A stretch of DNA of 64,000 nucleotides from Squalus acanthias (Eukaryota), in assembly GCA_030390025.1 (NCBI GenBank), contig CM059431.1, positions 112,036,001-112,100,000 on the forward strand. Reading direction: 5' to 3'. Positions 13,388 to 25,217 of this stretch are shown piece by piece (within the stretch, counting starts at the first letter, position 1; each line of letters opens with the position of its first letter). A program made the translations under genes and the position numbers. The notes beneath the pieces were generated by a model. The model saw nothing but the letters and a program-made list of their open reading frames with translations, had not been told where the DNA came from and did not search any database.

Positions 13388-14891
13388 GGAATTACAAAGA
13401 AAAAAACTCTGAATTTCTCCAAGGAATCTTGCTTGTAATCGACTTTGAAAAAAAATATTAACCCCTTGTGGACTGATACCGGTTCTAGCACTTCTATTGT
13501 GCTCTTTTTGCTTCTGTATATTACTGTTGTAAATAAATCCAACCAGGTACTTAGCCTGTGTGCATTGGTCTAATGATCTGTTACTGATTTGTCTTCTGAA
13601 GTGATGGGAAAATGTGTTGGGCATCCCACATATTCTGTAGTAAATGATGTACTGCAGTTTGGGGTTAATTGCTAAATCTAGGTTATGCTAATCCATATCC
13701 AGTAGAGAATAAAGATACAGGTTTGGTCCTCAAGATGCAGTCTGTTTGCGAAAGCTGCAGTCTAGCGGGGCACTTGATAAAAGTGTTGGGAAAATCTTGA
13801 GCTGTAGCACACCTGGTCAAGAAGGGAACTTTGCTCCAGGAGAGCCATTCAGACTAAGGGATATTGTCACAGCTTTGTGGGAGAGGGTGGGATGGAAGGA
13901 CGAGTTAGCAATTCTAATAAGTAAAGGTTTGGATGACTTGGAACCCTATAATGCCACAATAAATGCAATATCTTGGTTAAGAACCTTTGATGTCACGGGG
14001 ACAAGCATTGCCTACCTTCAACAGCTATACTGAGTTAATACTTCAGGAAATACTCTTCATAATGGACTAAAATAGACTTATTTTTGACATGGTTATGTTC
14101 ATCAAGATGAGAGTTGCCAATCCTATGAAAATAGATTATTTTTACAGCCATAGCAGGATTGAACACTCTCTTGGGAATGGGCTAAATGCAGGTCAAAGCT
14201 TCGATGCTACCTTAACTGTGACCTCTGAGTGCCATCTGTTGAAATAGTGGCATGTCCATTTCTCACACCAGGTATCCTGGTATGTCTGAGTGAAACTGTC
14301 AATGTAATGCTAAATTGTGGTATTGTTATGCTGTGGGCTTGTGTCATCTAGGCACCAGGTTGAGACTGCCAAGTCTGATTACCTTCTAACCATTGAGCTT
14401 TGAAAGGATACTTTTGCCTCTTTTACACTGAAATTTAGTTTGGCACCAGCTGTATAGGGAGTTTGGGGTTAACAGTCTGGCTAGCAAAAAAATAAACTAG
14501 TTAGCGTTCAACTTAAAGTTGTCTTCGTGATGCCATTATTGAACTTTGTTTCCTGTTGCGCACGTTGTGTTACTATTTTTGGATTTAGTTTGCATAGAAC
14601 AGCAGTAGCACGGAAGTGGGGCTTTTGGTATAATTTGGTAGCCTGCAGACAGACCAAGTACCAATATTGTGTGGCTTGGAAGTGCTCGATTTGGAATAGT
14701 GATTTGTGCCAAAAAATGATGCGATGCATGCTACGGTTTCCTAGAAAGTGAGTCCAGTAATGGAAGATCTGAGGAAGTTCATCGTGCTTCTCTATTACGT
14801 CAGTCAGGGAAAAGCGTGTGGTGAATTAGAGGAAACCTAAAGTAGTAGAGAAAAATGTTAGCGCCATTAGTAAAAGTAGAATAGAGCCATT

Positions 14892-15151
14892 GGAGGCGAT
14901 TTTAACTCCTCTTGCTCGGCAGAAACCTGGCGGGTGGGCAGTTAAAATCGCCCTGGCTCTTACCTGTCCAAAAGCCGCCATGATCGCAGCATCTGAAATT
15001 TTAACCTGAACGGACAGCAAGGACACGCGCCCGGAGCCGACAGGGTCCTTCTTTACATATGCATGTTGCGACCCAATGACATCATTGAGACCTGACTGTA
15101 GTTTTAACTCTAGCCTGAGCAGAGAATTCACCTGGAGTTAAAATCGGGCCC
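14892..15151. mobile_element. ~260-bp MITE
   Basis: TIR GGAGGCGATTTTAACTC / GAGTTAAAATCGGGCCC, flanks att/aat; close copy at 23578-23846. Confidence 0.8.
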
Positions 15152-15559
15152 AATTGTGTTTGGAGGACTGGAATAGCAGATCAAAAAAAAATAATGATAC
15201 CAAAGATTAAAAAGAGAGGAAGAAACTAATTATAGGCCGGTCCTGAATATAAGATTGGAAAAAAGGGAAATTTGTACTAGCAATGCAAAGAATAAAGAAA
15301 TGAGTGAAGATAATTTGAAGACTTGTAGCCTATTTGTCTTTTGTGACAGAATAACATTATGAAGTTTATAGTTTCAGATGTCATCTGTTTTGGGGAAATA
15401 AAGGTGGTACAGACAGTGTGACATTGACAGTTTTGTACTCTGGTGCTTTAGACTTGGAATATGGGATAGCCTATTCACATGATATCCAAACACATAAGGT
15501 TTGGATATCATGTGAATACCTATTCTCATTTTGTTTTGGAATATAATAAGGTCCATTTT

Positions 15560-16790
15560 TTGTGGTTACAAAATATTGCAACAAAAAATGTTCCTCCAAT
15601 GATGATAGTCGTACCACATTTGTAATGGGTGTAATGAAAAATGACAAGTTAGAACAGATGGCAGATGCAATTTCCTGAAAGTGCGAATGCCCGTCAATAA
15701 AGCCATAAAGGCCAATAGAATTTCTGTGTTTTGTAAGTAGGGTCATTAGAGTACAAGAGTCAATAAATAATGTTGAATTTGTAGAAAACATTAGTTAGGT
15801 CACAGTTAGAGTGCTGTGTGCAGTTTTGGGTGCCTTATTACAGAAAGGACATTAAAGCTATCAAGTGTGCACAGTATAGCTTCACCAGGATGGTGCCACG
15901 GATGAGATAGTATCGTTATGAGCAGTGACACGGCTGACCGCACCAAGTCCCGTTCACCCATCACCCCTGTGCTCGCTGACCTACATTGGCTCCCGGTTAA
16001 GCAACGCCTCGATTTTCATAAATTCTTATCCTTGTTTTCAAATCCCTCCATGGCCTCCCCCTCCCTATCTCTCTAACCTCCTTCAGCCCCACATAAACCT
16101 CCCCCACCCCCCCCCCCGAGATATCTGCGCTCCTCTAATTCTGCCCTCTTGAGCATCCCTGATTATAATCGCTCAACCATTGGTGGCCGTTCTTTCTGTT
16201 ACCTAGGCCCTAAGCTCTGGAATTCCCTGCCTAAACCTCTCCGCCTCTTTCCTTCTTTAAGACGCTCCTTAAAACCTACCTCTTTGACCAAGCTTTTGGT
16301 CACCTGCCCTAATTTCTCCTTATGTGGCTCAGTGTCAAATTTGTTTGTCTTTTAATACTCGTGAAGCGCCTTGGAACGTTTTACTACATTAAAGATGCTA
16401 TATAAATACAAGTTGTTGATGACTTGAGATATTGGGACTACTGCAGCAGAGAAGGCCGGGAGGAGATTTAATAGAGGGTAATAAAGGGTTTTGATAGTGA
16501 ATAGGGACAATCTATTTCTTCTGATTGGTGGGTCAGTGATGGGGGCATCAACTTAAAATCATCACAAAAAGAGTGAGGACAGAAGTTGGACAGAAATTTC
16601 TATACACAGGGTTGTTGCAGTCTGGAGTGCCTTGTCACGGAGTAGTTGAAGAGACCGTTGCATCTTTTAAGTGAAAACTGGGTACATTTTCGAGGCAGAG
16701 GAAAATACAAGGATATGGGGTGAGAATCGGACAGTGGGAAAGTTGTGGATTGCGCTAGAAAAGATCTGGCACAGAAAGGCCATGGTTCTA
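15560..16790 (+). mobile_element. Old CR1 3' fragment interrupted by an L2 element
   Basis: gttagagtgctgtgtgcagttttgggtgcc...ttcaccaggatg...agagaagg...ggagatttaatagagg CR1-type RT C-terminal sequence on both sides of the insert. Confidence 0.65.
15939..16418 (+). mobile_element. L2-type LINE 3' end
   Basis: caccaagtcccgttcacccatcacccctgtgctcgctgacctacattggctcccgg = TKSRSPITPVLADLHWLP; GGRSFCYLGPKLWNSLP; tail gctatataaatacaagttgttg. Confidence 0.85.
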
Positions 16791-17267
16791 TGTAGTTGTC
16801 TATAATTTTCCAGTATCCACCATTATGCATAATTCATGCCCGATGGAGTATTATTTTAATATACCCAGTGCATTTTTTGCTGCGTTTGAATCTATTCATC
16901 TATCTAATATGTTTATCCATTGACACTGAGGGGATGGATTTTAACCTTCACCGCCCGGCAGAAAACTGGTGGTAGTGGATCGAACGCATGTTATATGGAG
17001 GGAGAAATCGAGCAGGGTGTATAACGGGTGGCCGATCCACTGCTGCTCGTATTCTTCCTGGTGGTGAAAGACAGAATCTACACCTGGGTGGCTGTAACTA
17101 AGTCCAGCTTCATCTCCTTTATTCAAGTTGCCTTTGTTTCGGTGCTTATGATATTGCTATTATCCAGCCAAAAGGCATCCAATGGTGACTACTCTTTAGA
17201 TATTTAGGGAGTTTTAGTATAAACATTCGGCCTTCTGAGTCAAACGTTTTGCACTGGACTCTTTAAA

Positions 17268-18300
17268 GATGCGGAGATGCCGGTGTTGGACTGGGGTGGA
17301 CAAAAGTGAGAAGTCGCACAACACCAGGTTATAGTCCAACAGTTTTATTTGAAATCACAAGCTTTCGGCGCGGCTGCTCCTTCGTCAGGTGGAGTGAAGA
17401 AATACAAATGGGTACAGCACATATAGACAGAGAACAATGCCTGTGCAGAGAACAAGATCTTTGTGACTGCCCTTTATCACACCTCGGCAGAGAGACAATC
17501 ACGACATTACATCAAAGACGATAGCAAAATACAACAATGAGGTGGGGTCACAGGGGGTCTAATGTGGCAGAGGCTGCAGTCTGTATGGAAAACCAAAAAC
17601 TTTAAACTTTTTACTTTTTTTTAACTTGTAATCACATCTGTGAACAAGCCAACGACGACTCAAGTCTGGATGACTCTACGTCAGGTGGGGTTACATGTCG
17701 TGTGACATGAACCCAAGATCCCGGTTGAGGCCGTCCTCATGGGTGTGGAACTTGGCTATCAGTTTCTGCTCGATGATTTTGCGTTGTCGTGTGTCTCGAA
17801 GGCCGCCTTGGAGAACGCTTACCTGAAGATCGGAGGCTGAATGTCCTTGACTGCTGAAGTGTTCCCCGACTGGGAGGTAACACTCCTGCCTGGCGATTGT
17901 TGCGCGGTGTCCGTTCATACGTTGTCGCAGTGTCTGCATGGTCTCGCCGATGTACCGTGCTCCGGGGTATCCTTTCCTGCAACGTACGAGGTAGACAACG
18001 TTGGCCGAGTCACATGAGTATGTACCATGTACCTGGTGGGTAGTGTCCTCACGTGTGATGATGGTATCTGTGTTTATGATCTGGCATGTCTTGCAGAGGT
18101 TGCCGTGGCAGGGTTGTGTGGTGTCGTGGTCGCTGCTCTCCTGAAAGCTGAGTAATTTGTTGCGAACGATGGTACTTTTGAGGTTAGGCGGCTGTTTGAA
18201 GGCGAGTAGTGGAGGCATGGGGATGGCCTTAGCGAGGTGTTCGTCGTCATCAATGACATGTTGAAGGCTGCGAAAAACATGGTGTAGTTCTCCGCTCCGG
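17268..18300 (-). mobile_element. Penelope-like retroelement 3' part (GIY-YIG endonuclease plus pseudo-LTR)
   Basis: ORF 17691..18218: CHGNLCKTC...NVVYLVRCRKG...YIGETMQTLRQRMNGH...VGEHF...EQKLIAKFHTHEDGLN; hammerhead motif in the 3' region. Confidence 0.92.
17356..17391 (-). ncRNA. Minimal type-I hammerhead ribozyme motif (one helix-II mismatch)
   Basis: Reverse strand CAC CTGACGA A GGAGC AGCC GCGCC GAAA GC TT GTG. Confidence 0.65.
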
Positions 18301-18861
18301 CGGTAGCCAGTAGTGCGCCTCCGGCGATGACGTCATCACCGTGTGTAGCGCCCCGGCCGCAAACTTGGCTCGCTCCCCCTGACCTGCCACCGGACGCTAT
18401 GTCCGACAGGGCCAGAGGGGCGTTTTTGCAGCCAGGACGGCGATAATTAAAGGGCAGGTGCTGGGCGGCCATTTTTTTGGGGCAGCTTGCCAGCACCTGC
18501 TCCCTCGGGCCGCCTCCTGCGGGGTGCCGGCCGCGATCGGTCAGCCCGGCACTCCTCTCGAGTGCTGGGCTCTTTTGCCAGCACCCCGCTCCCCATTGGT
18601 CCGGCAGGGCCCCGGTGCGCGCTGTGCTAGGCCCTTCCCCTTTAATCAGTTGAGGGAGGCCTGCAATACCGATACATAACGCCGCGATATTGAATGGGAG
18701 CGCCCCAAGAGGGAGGGGGAGCGCTTCCAGTAGTGCCCGGCCTCCTGCTTGGGGCGCTACCATTCAATTTCGGGCGCGGGGGCGCTCACTTTTTCGGGGC
18801 GCTAAAAGTAGCACCCCGGTGAAGTTATCACCCCAAAGGGGGCGCAAGCCAATTTTTGCCC
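18301..18861. mobile_element. GC-rich TIR element, one end only, abutting the Penelope 5' truncation
   Basis: Body similar to 23000-23400; right end gccaatttttgccc resembles the reverse complement of the 1057 terminus. Confidence 0.7.
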
Positions 18862-19640
18862 TTATTAATTTTAAATGCACATTAATTCTTTTCTTTTAAT
18901 TAGAGTTAAGCAGAATTCTAGAATTAATCTAATTTGTTGAGTTAAATCACAAGTGTGTCTCAAGGAGATTTTCTGCTTTGGCAATCTCGTGTGCTGGAAG
19001 CAAGTATCAGAAAATTGTGCACCCTCAATCATTTTGATTCTTCCAGCATTAATTCCCTCCACCTTCAAACTGGAGAATGGAAGCAGAAGGAAATCTCGCC
19101 TTTAGTGCTGTATCAGTAGCTTTAGTACAATCGTAGTTGACCATTGCAAAGGTTAATGCCACTGTGGCAGAAACTGCATCGTTCTATTTGATTCCTCAGA
19201 TTATTCAGAGAGGAGTGTCTCTTATCTGCTTCTGACGAATGTGTTATCTGGCATATGGGTGTGAATGACTTAATTGGTGAGCACATTTGTTTGACCCATG
19301 AATCATGTTCCAGAAGGTTTGTGAAACCTAACCAACTTTACCAATGAACAAATAAATTGATAGCCGGTTACTGATAGTCCTTCAGTGATGCACAGATTGA
19401 CTCGTACCACAGGGCTGTTTTCATTATTTTTATATATCTAATGCCTGTGTAGATGACCTGCTATGCAGAATTAGTAAGTTCAATGTTTCAAGTTGTTTGA
19501 GTAGAATTTGAAAAGAATACATTGGGTCAGGCTGCAAATGTTCTTGAAATAGATGTAGGGTAATGGTGGAAAACCTTGGCCATTAACCAGTCAACTATTC
19601 TTCGTGCCTGCACGGGGAATTGCTTCCATGTTAATGTCTG

Positions 19641-20132
19641 CGGGTTAGCGTTCTCCAAGGCGGCCTTCGAGACACACGACAACGCAAAATCATCGAGCAG
19701 AAACTGATAGCCAAGTTCCGCACCCATGAGGACGGCCTCAACCGGGATCTCGGTTTCATGTCACGCTACAGAACGTGACTCGACATCGTTGTCTGGTTCA
19801 CAGGTGTGATTTCCAGTTTTTAAAACAAAGTTAAAAGCTTAACTGCAGACTGCAGCATTTGACACGTTGGACCCCCTGTGACCCACCTCATTGTCTTAGC
19901 TGTACTCTGCTGTGTCTTTGATGTAATGCCTCCCTGACGGATTGTATCTCTGCAGACACATTGTTCTCTGTCTATATATACTTTGTAATCGATTTGTATT
20001 CCCTCACTGTACCTGACGAAGGAGCAGCGCTCCGAAAGCTCGTAATTTCAAATAAAACTGTTGGACTATAACCTGGTGTTGTGCGACTTCTCATTTTTGT
20101 CCACCCCAGTCCAACACCGGCATCTTCGCATC
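19641..20132 (+). mobile_element. Penelope-like element 3' end/pseudo-LTR, inverted relative to 17268-17825
   Basis: agcgttctccaaggcggccttcgagacacacgac...gaggacggcctcaaccgggatc and the terminal ~120 bp are near reverse complements of the left copy; possible TSD catgttaat/cacgttaat. Confidence 0.9.
20010..20044 (+). ncRNA. Minimal type-I hammerhead ribozyme motif
   Basis: TAC CTGACGA A GGAGC AGC GCTCC GAAA GC TC GTA: CUGANGA and GAAA cores, perfect 5-bp helix II, 3-bp helix I, palindromic AGCT in place of helix III. Confidence 0.75.
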
Positions 20133-21159
20133 ACGTTAATAAGCAAGTTTGTAAACAGGAATGTGTTATGTTTGAACGACGCTGTCTCATCAACAATAGC
20201 GTCTAAACAAAATTTGTAGGTCCTCTTTCAGGGTCCTTTAACACAATACGTTAACCAGGCACTATAACGCTGTCTGTTTAATACCAAGGGCCCTCACAAC
20301 TGGGCTACATAAAAGTGCAAAATGCTTGTTGTGGTGTGGCAGCACCGAGTTGGCCGTGGTGGGATGTGGGACTACTGGAGAGGGATTGCTGACTATGGGA
20401 GAACTGGAAATGGGGTTTGTAGGGTGTGGTAATGGGGATTTTCCTGGTTGGCAGCATGAAGTGGAAGGTATAGGTGGTCGATGCAAGAGGGTAGCAATGG
20501 TGAGAGGCAGCAGGAGGGAAAGTGGAAGGTATGGATGATGAGGGTGAGTGGTTCGGTCACAGTTGGTGGGGAGAAGGAATTTATTGGAGTTTCCCCAGCA
20601 TTATTTATTTTACATATTACAGTTTTTCTCCATTGCTAAGGAAACCCTTTCACCCTCACCATCCTCTCTCCATCAATGGCAAAAGCTATGTTGCGGGTCG
20701 CTACTGATATTGAAAGCACTGAAGGAACTTTTAAACTGACTCCCTGGAATGTGGCTTTTGACACTGTGGGCAGGGTTGTCTAGACTCTAGTCTTGAGGTT
20801 GGGGGGGGACAGGGCAGTCACCGAGATGGAGGGGTGGCAGTTGAGGGTTGCGTCATAGATCTTTGATCTGCTGCAAGGCTGATGCTGTGAACCCACAAGC
20901 TGTTGGGTATGGTACTTATTTCAAAAGTAACAGGGTAGCTACCTTTGTTGTTGTGGTTCCGAGACGGCAGGGAAAACTTGCAGGGGCGATGCAAAATGGC
21001 AACCGATGAACACACAAGGAGCGTAGTCATTTTTCAATCTTCCACATATCTGAAGAAAGTAATTCATGCTAAGGTGTGGCACTGGATGCCAACAGCTCTG
21101 TGGTATCTCATCCAAGTGACCTTCATCTGTGAGCGTATACAATCCCTGCTGACGAGCTG

Positions 21160-21560
21160 TAGAAAGAAAAGACCGAGAGGTGACCTGATAGAGGTCTTCA
21201 AGATTCTGAAAGGGTTTAATAGGGTAGAGATAGAGAAGATGTTTCCACTTGCGGGCAAGACCAGAACAAGGGGCCATAAATATAAGCTAGCCACTAATGA
21301 ATCCAATGGGGGAATTCAGGAGAAACTTCTTTACCCAGAGAGTGGTGAGAATGTGGAACTTGCTACCACAGGGAGTAGTTGAGGCGAATAGCATCGATGC
21401 ATTCAAGGGAAGTTAGATAAGCACATGAGGGAGAAAGGAATAGAAGGACATGTTGATGGAGTGAGATGAAGAGGGATGGGAGGAGGCTTGTGTGGAGCAT
21501 AAACACCGGCATGGACCAGTTGGGCTGAATGGCCTGTTTTCTATGCTGTAATTACTTGGT
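21160..21560 (+). mobile_element. CR1-type LINE 3' end
   Basis: RKKRPRGDLIEVFKILKGFNRVEIEKMFPLAGKTRTRGHKYKL; tail gggctgaatggcctgtt. Confidence 0.9.
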
Positions 21561-22828
21561 AATACTTTGTAACTTTAAATGTAGTCAGCATTGCAGCTGA
21601 GCCTGATGCTGACATCGGCCAGGAGCACTTTCCAACAGGAATTACTGGGTAGCTTGGCCTTTCTCTAATACGCCCCCGCCGCGCCCCCCCCCCCGGACAT
21701 CTTTCCCATCCACCCTGGAACTCCCAAGGACAATTTTAATGCCCTCTATACTGTTCCGGCTAAGATTGACCAACTCAAACACAAACATATTGAATTGGGG
21801 ACTGACCTTGGCTGTGTGTCTCATTGACACACTGAGATGATCCTTCAATGTTTTATTTGGAAAAATAGGATCGTAATTCTGACGGTCTCAATTGTGCCCC
21901 ATTCAATTCCAGGTTTATAGTTCTACGCAACACTCTGCGCGATTCCATTCTTTTTTAAGGGGGAAAAAAAACCCTCATTTTTCATTTAGCCTTAATGATG
22001 CATCGAGCAATATATTTATCCAAAAACTATCTCTATACATCTTCAGTACACTAACTATAAAATAAGCTCTGCAAAAGTTTTTCTGCAAAACTGTCTTCTT
22101 TGACGAGCTCTGGATTACTGAAAGTCATAAATTTAAATCGAAATCCTGAAATTTCTGTCTGGTTACATATTGAAACCATATGTGATGTAAATGCTGAGAC
22201 AAAGAGAGCAGTGAGTTACAAATAGAATCTGGTAAGTTCCATTAAAAAATTCAGCTGGATATCTCTGGCCCCTAGACCGTGCTGGCAGACTTAATCAGAC
22301 GCCAAGCATTACACTCTTGGCAAAGTGCAACAATATTTCATTTGCACCTGATGCTGTCACTTAATTGAAGGGAAAAGTCATATTTTATTTTAGCACAGTG
22401 CATTACTCTTTATGAATTGCAGTGGAAGCGTGACGTTCCCTGAAGTGTATGTACTAGTCTGTCCAACGTAACATTTGAGGTAATGCATACTTTGTGTTGA
22501 AGGCCCACAGGTACAAAGAATCGTTACTGAACCAGAGGGTAACGCTGAAACTGATGCTGGGTTTAATAATCGAGAGACTTTTGCCGTTGTGCACTGGTAT
22601 TCCGCAGATTCTGTTTTTTAGTTTGGTATTCTTCAGGAATCTGAAACTACACCGTGAAGGAAAAATAATTCGCTCTGCTAGACGTGAGACAGTAAAAGCA
22701 TTAAAACAAAATCTCATCTCACTTTAAAAAAAAAACCCCAAGTAATAAGATTACAAAAAGTAATGATCATTAAAACTGTAGTAATCCTTTTCCATGTTCT
22801 TTCTCCAATTTCTTTCCTCCCAATTCTT

Positions 22829-23410
22829 GGGGGGAAAAATTCGGTTGTTTCGCACCTCCCGTCAGCGCCCTAAGAGGGTGCTAACGGGGCGCAAAGCAAC
22901 TAGCGCCCGGGCGCGGCGCTTCCAACGCCTCCCGCGAAATTCAGCGGGAGGTTAGCGGCGGCGGTAACCGTTAGCGCCCCGTGGCACTGCGCCACCGGCA
23001 GCGCCCTGGCCGCGATCTTCGGTAGCGCCCCCTGACTTACCACCGGACACTATGTCCGGGGTCAGGGAGACCTACCTGTGGCCGGGGCGGCGCTATTTAA
23101 AGGTGAGGTGCCAGGCGGCCATTTTTGTTGCTAGCCGCCTGCCAGCACCTGCCTCCGCTGCCGTCCCCGGCCTCCTGACCCGCACCCCCCCCCCCCCACA
23201 CCCCTGCGGAGTGCCAGTTGCGCTCCATGAGCCCGGCACTTCTCTTGAGTGCCGGGCTCTTTTGCCGGCACTCCGATCCCCGGGACGCGCTGTGCAAGGC
23301 CCCTCCCCTTTAAGAAGGGGAGGAAGGCCTGTAATACCGTGGCACGTAGCGCCACAATATTCCCTCGCAGCGCCCCAAGAGGGAGGAGGGGCGCTTCCTC
23401 TCCCACTCCT
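22829..23410. mobile_element. GC-rich TIR element, one end preserved
   Basis: Starts ctt|GGGGGGAAAAATTCGGTTG, reverse-complement-similar to 1870-1965; body similar to 18301-18730. Confidence 0.75.
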
Positions 23411-23577
23411 GGAAGTGTTCACCCTCTGACACCTCACCTAAGTGGCCATTCTCCATGTCAAACAGGCTATTCGATTATGGCAGACATTTCAGCTGTGCCC
23501 ACTCCTGTTATGATGCCGGGCTTCTACATGCGTACTTTTCCAGCAGGGATTGCTGGATAGAGACCAGGAATTGGAAA

Positions 23578-23846
23578 CTTGGTGATTTTTAACCCTACTC
23601 GCTCAGCAGAAACCTGATGGGTGGGCAGTTAAAATCGCCCTGGCTCTTGCCTGTCTGAAAGCCGCCATGATCGCAACATCTGCAATTTTAACCCACTCTC
23701 CTGAGCAGGCAGCATTGACACGCTCCCAGAGCCAACAGGGTCCTTCTTTACATATGCATGTTGCGGCCCAATTACATCATTGAGACCCGACTGTAATTTT
23801 AACTCGGGCCTGAGTGGGGAATCCACCTGGAGTTAAAATCGGGGTC
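23578..23846. mobile_element. ~270-bp MITE, same family as 14892-15151
   Basis: Collinear similarity throughout; right end GGAGTTAAAATCGGGGTC. Confidence 0.8.
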
Positions 23847-24403
23847 CTGATTCCCACCTTGGCTGAGATTGGCTGACTCTGCTTGGGTCAAAGGTTGACG
23901 GCAAGACTTTCCTGATGATGAGTTCAGAGTTTTGCCCAAAGAAAGAGACAGCAGATTTAAAGCACAGTTACATCTAGCAAGATAAGTGAAAGGGTGAATT
24001 TTTAAAAATAAAAATGTTGGTTTGGGCAGAATTTAACACTAATCCTAATTACTAGCACAGTTTTTAGAGAAGAAAGGGGAGGTTTAATTAACTTCCACTG
24101 TCATTGCAAAATGGTTACTACTAAAGACTGCCTCATCCATTGGAGGGCACTTTTTAATATCTTCGATTGCTCCAATTATTTCCATTATAGTGAAACACTT
24201 ATTCCTTGAGTCACGCGGGAAGATTTTGCAATGATTGAAATGCTGTTCAGGTATTATTACTGAACCTTATTTAACCTGTATGTGTATTGAGTTACCCAAT
24301 GCGCGAACCAAGCAAATTGGTTGTGCCCTGTTTGTACCAGGCAATCGTTTCCCTGTAATTACTGACCTTTTTTTCTATCTAGGAAGCATACAATACTCTG
24401 AAA

Positions 24404-24555
24404 TAATGTTCCCTGTAAGCTGCACTTTGTTCTGCGTGGCCTGTGGTTTTTAAAAAAAAATAAATTCTGCGCATGCACGCTACTTGCAACGGCAAAGTCG
24501 GTGAGCGGCCTGTGCGGGACCTTTCCCATTACTGTGCAGCTTACAGGGAACATTG
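24404..24555. mobile_element. hAT-like MITE (152 bp) with 8-bp TSD
   Basis: TIR AATGTTCCCTGTAAGCTGCAC / GTGCAGCTTACAGGGAACATT; perfect TSD ctctgaaa at 24396-24403 and 24556-24563. Confidence 0.85.
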
Positions 24556-25217
24556 CTCTGAAATACTAAATGTCAAAAATGGTGTGGGTTACGTGAGCCT
24601 GTAATTCTTCCTGTAGCCTTATTTACATGGTGGCTACTAATTACAATCTATTTCTGAAGATTTGCAGTTCTTCTCTTTCCTCCCCCCTCCCCCCAAAGAA
24701 ATCTAATTATTTGATAATTCAAATTAACGGGTGTAGATTGCGCACCTCGCCCAAGTTGTTTGGCTGCATTGTATTTTTCTTTAACGGTCAAATATCTACC
24801 ATTTCCAATTTGTTTATTTAGTTTCGCTCTCTGGCAAAGCCTTAGAACATGGTTATGTGATTTAAAGGTGCCCAGTGCCAAAACAATGTAAAAGACTTGA
24901 AAAGCCACTGGAAGGAGATGCGATGGTGTTGCTGTGTTAGGAAAGTGTTTAACCTGTTTTCCCACTTTCTTCCATCCCACCCCAATCCCACCGGTTTCCT
25001 CCCCTTATCTGAATGTGCCGACTCTTGCTGAGGTGTGCTTCCATTGGCATCTGCAGCCCTTGTGTAAGTAGATATTATTAATGGTTAAGCCCCCGAATGA
25101 GGGCTGGCAGGCTATTAGACTGTGGAGGGAGGTTGTCCACAAAAATACACATTCTGGGAAGGTTTACTATGAAACAATTAAGAATGTGACTCCTGGCTGA
25201 CTCTTTCCTTCTTCCCT

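Noticed and set aside
14760..14826. Short ATG-initiated frame MEDLRKFIVLLYYVSQGKAC ending at gtgaat
   Set aside because: Phase 1 and weak donor; does not fit the LMO7 frame
18074..18763. 229-aa minus-strand ORF
   Set aside because: Spans a GC-rich MITE/Penelope junction; open frame is explained by base composition; no recognisable domain
22150..22237. Strong donor-like CTG|GTAAGT
   Set aside because: Stop codon just upstream in the frame required; no acceptor or promoter evidence
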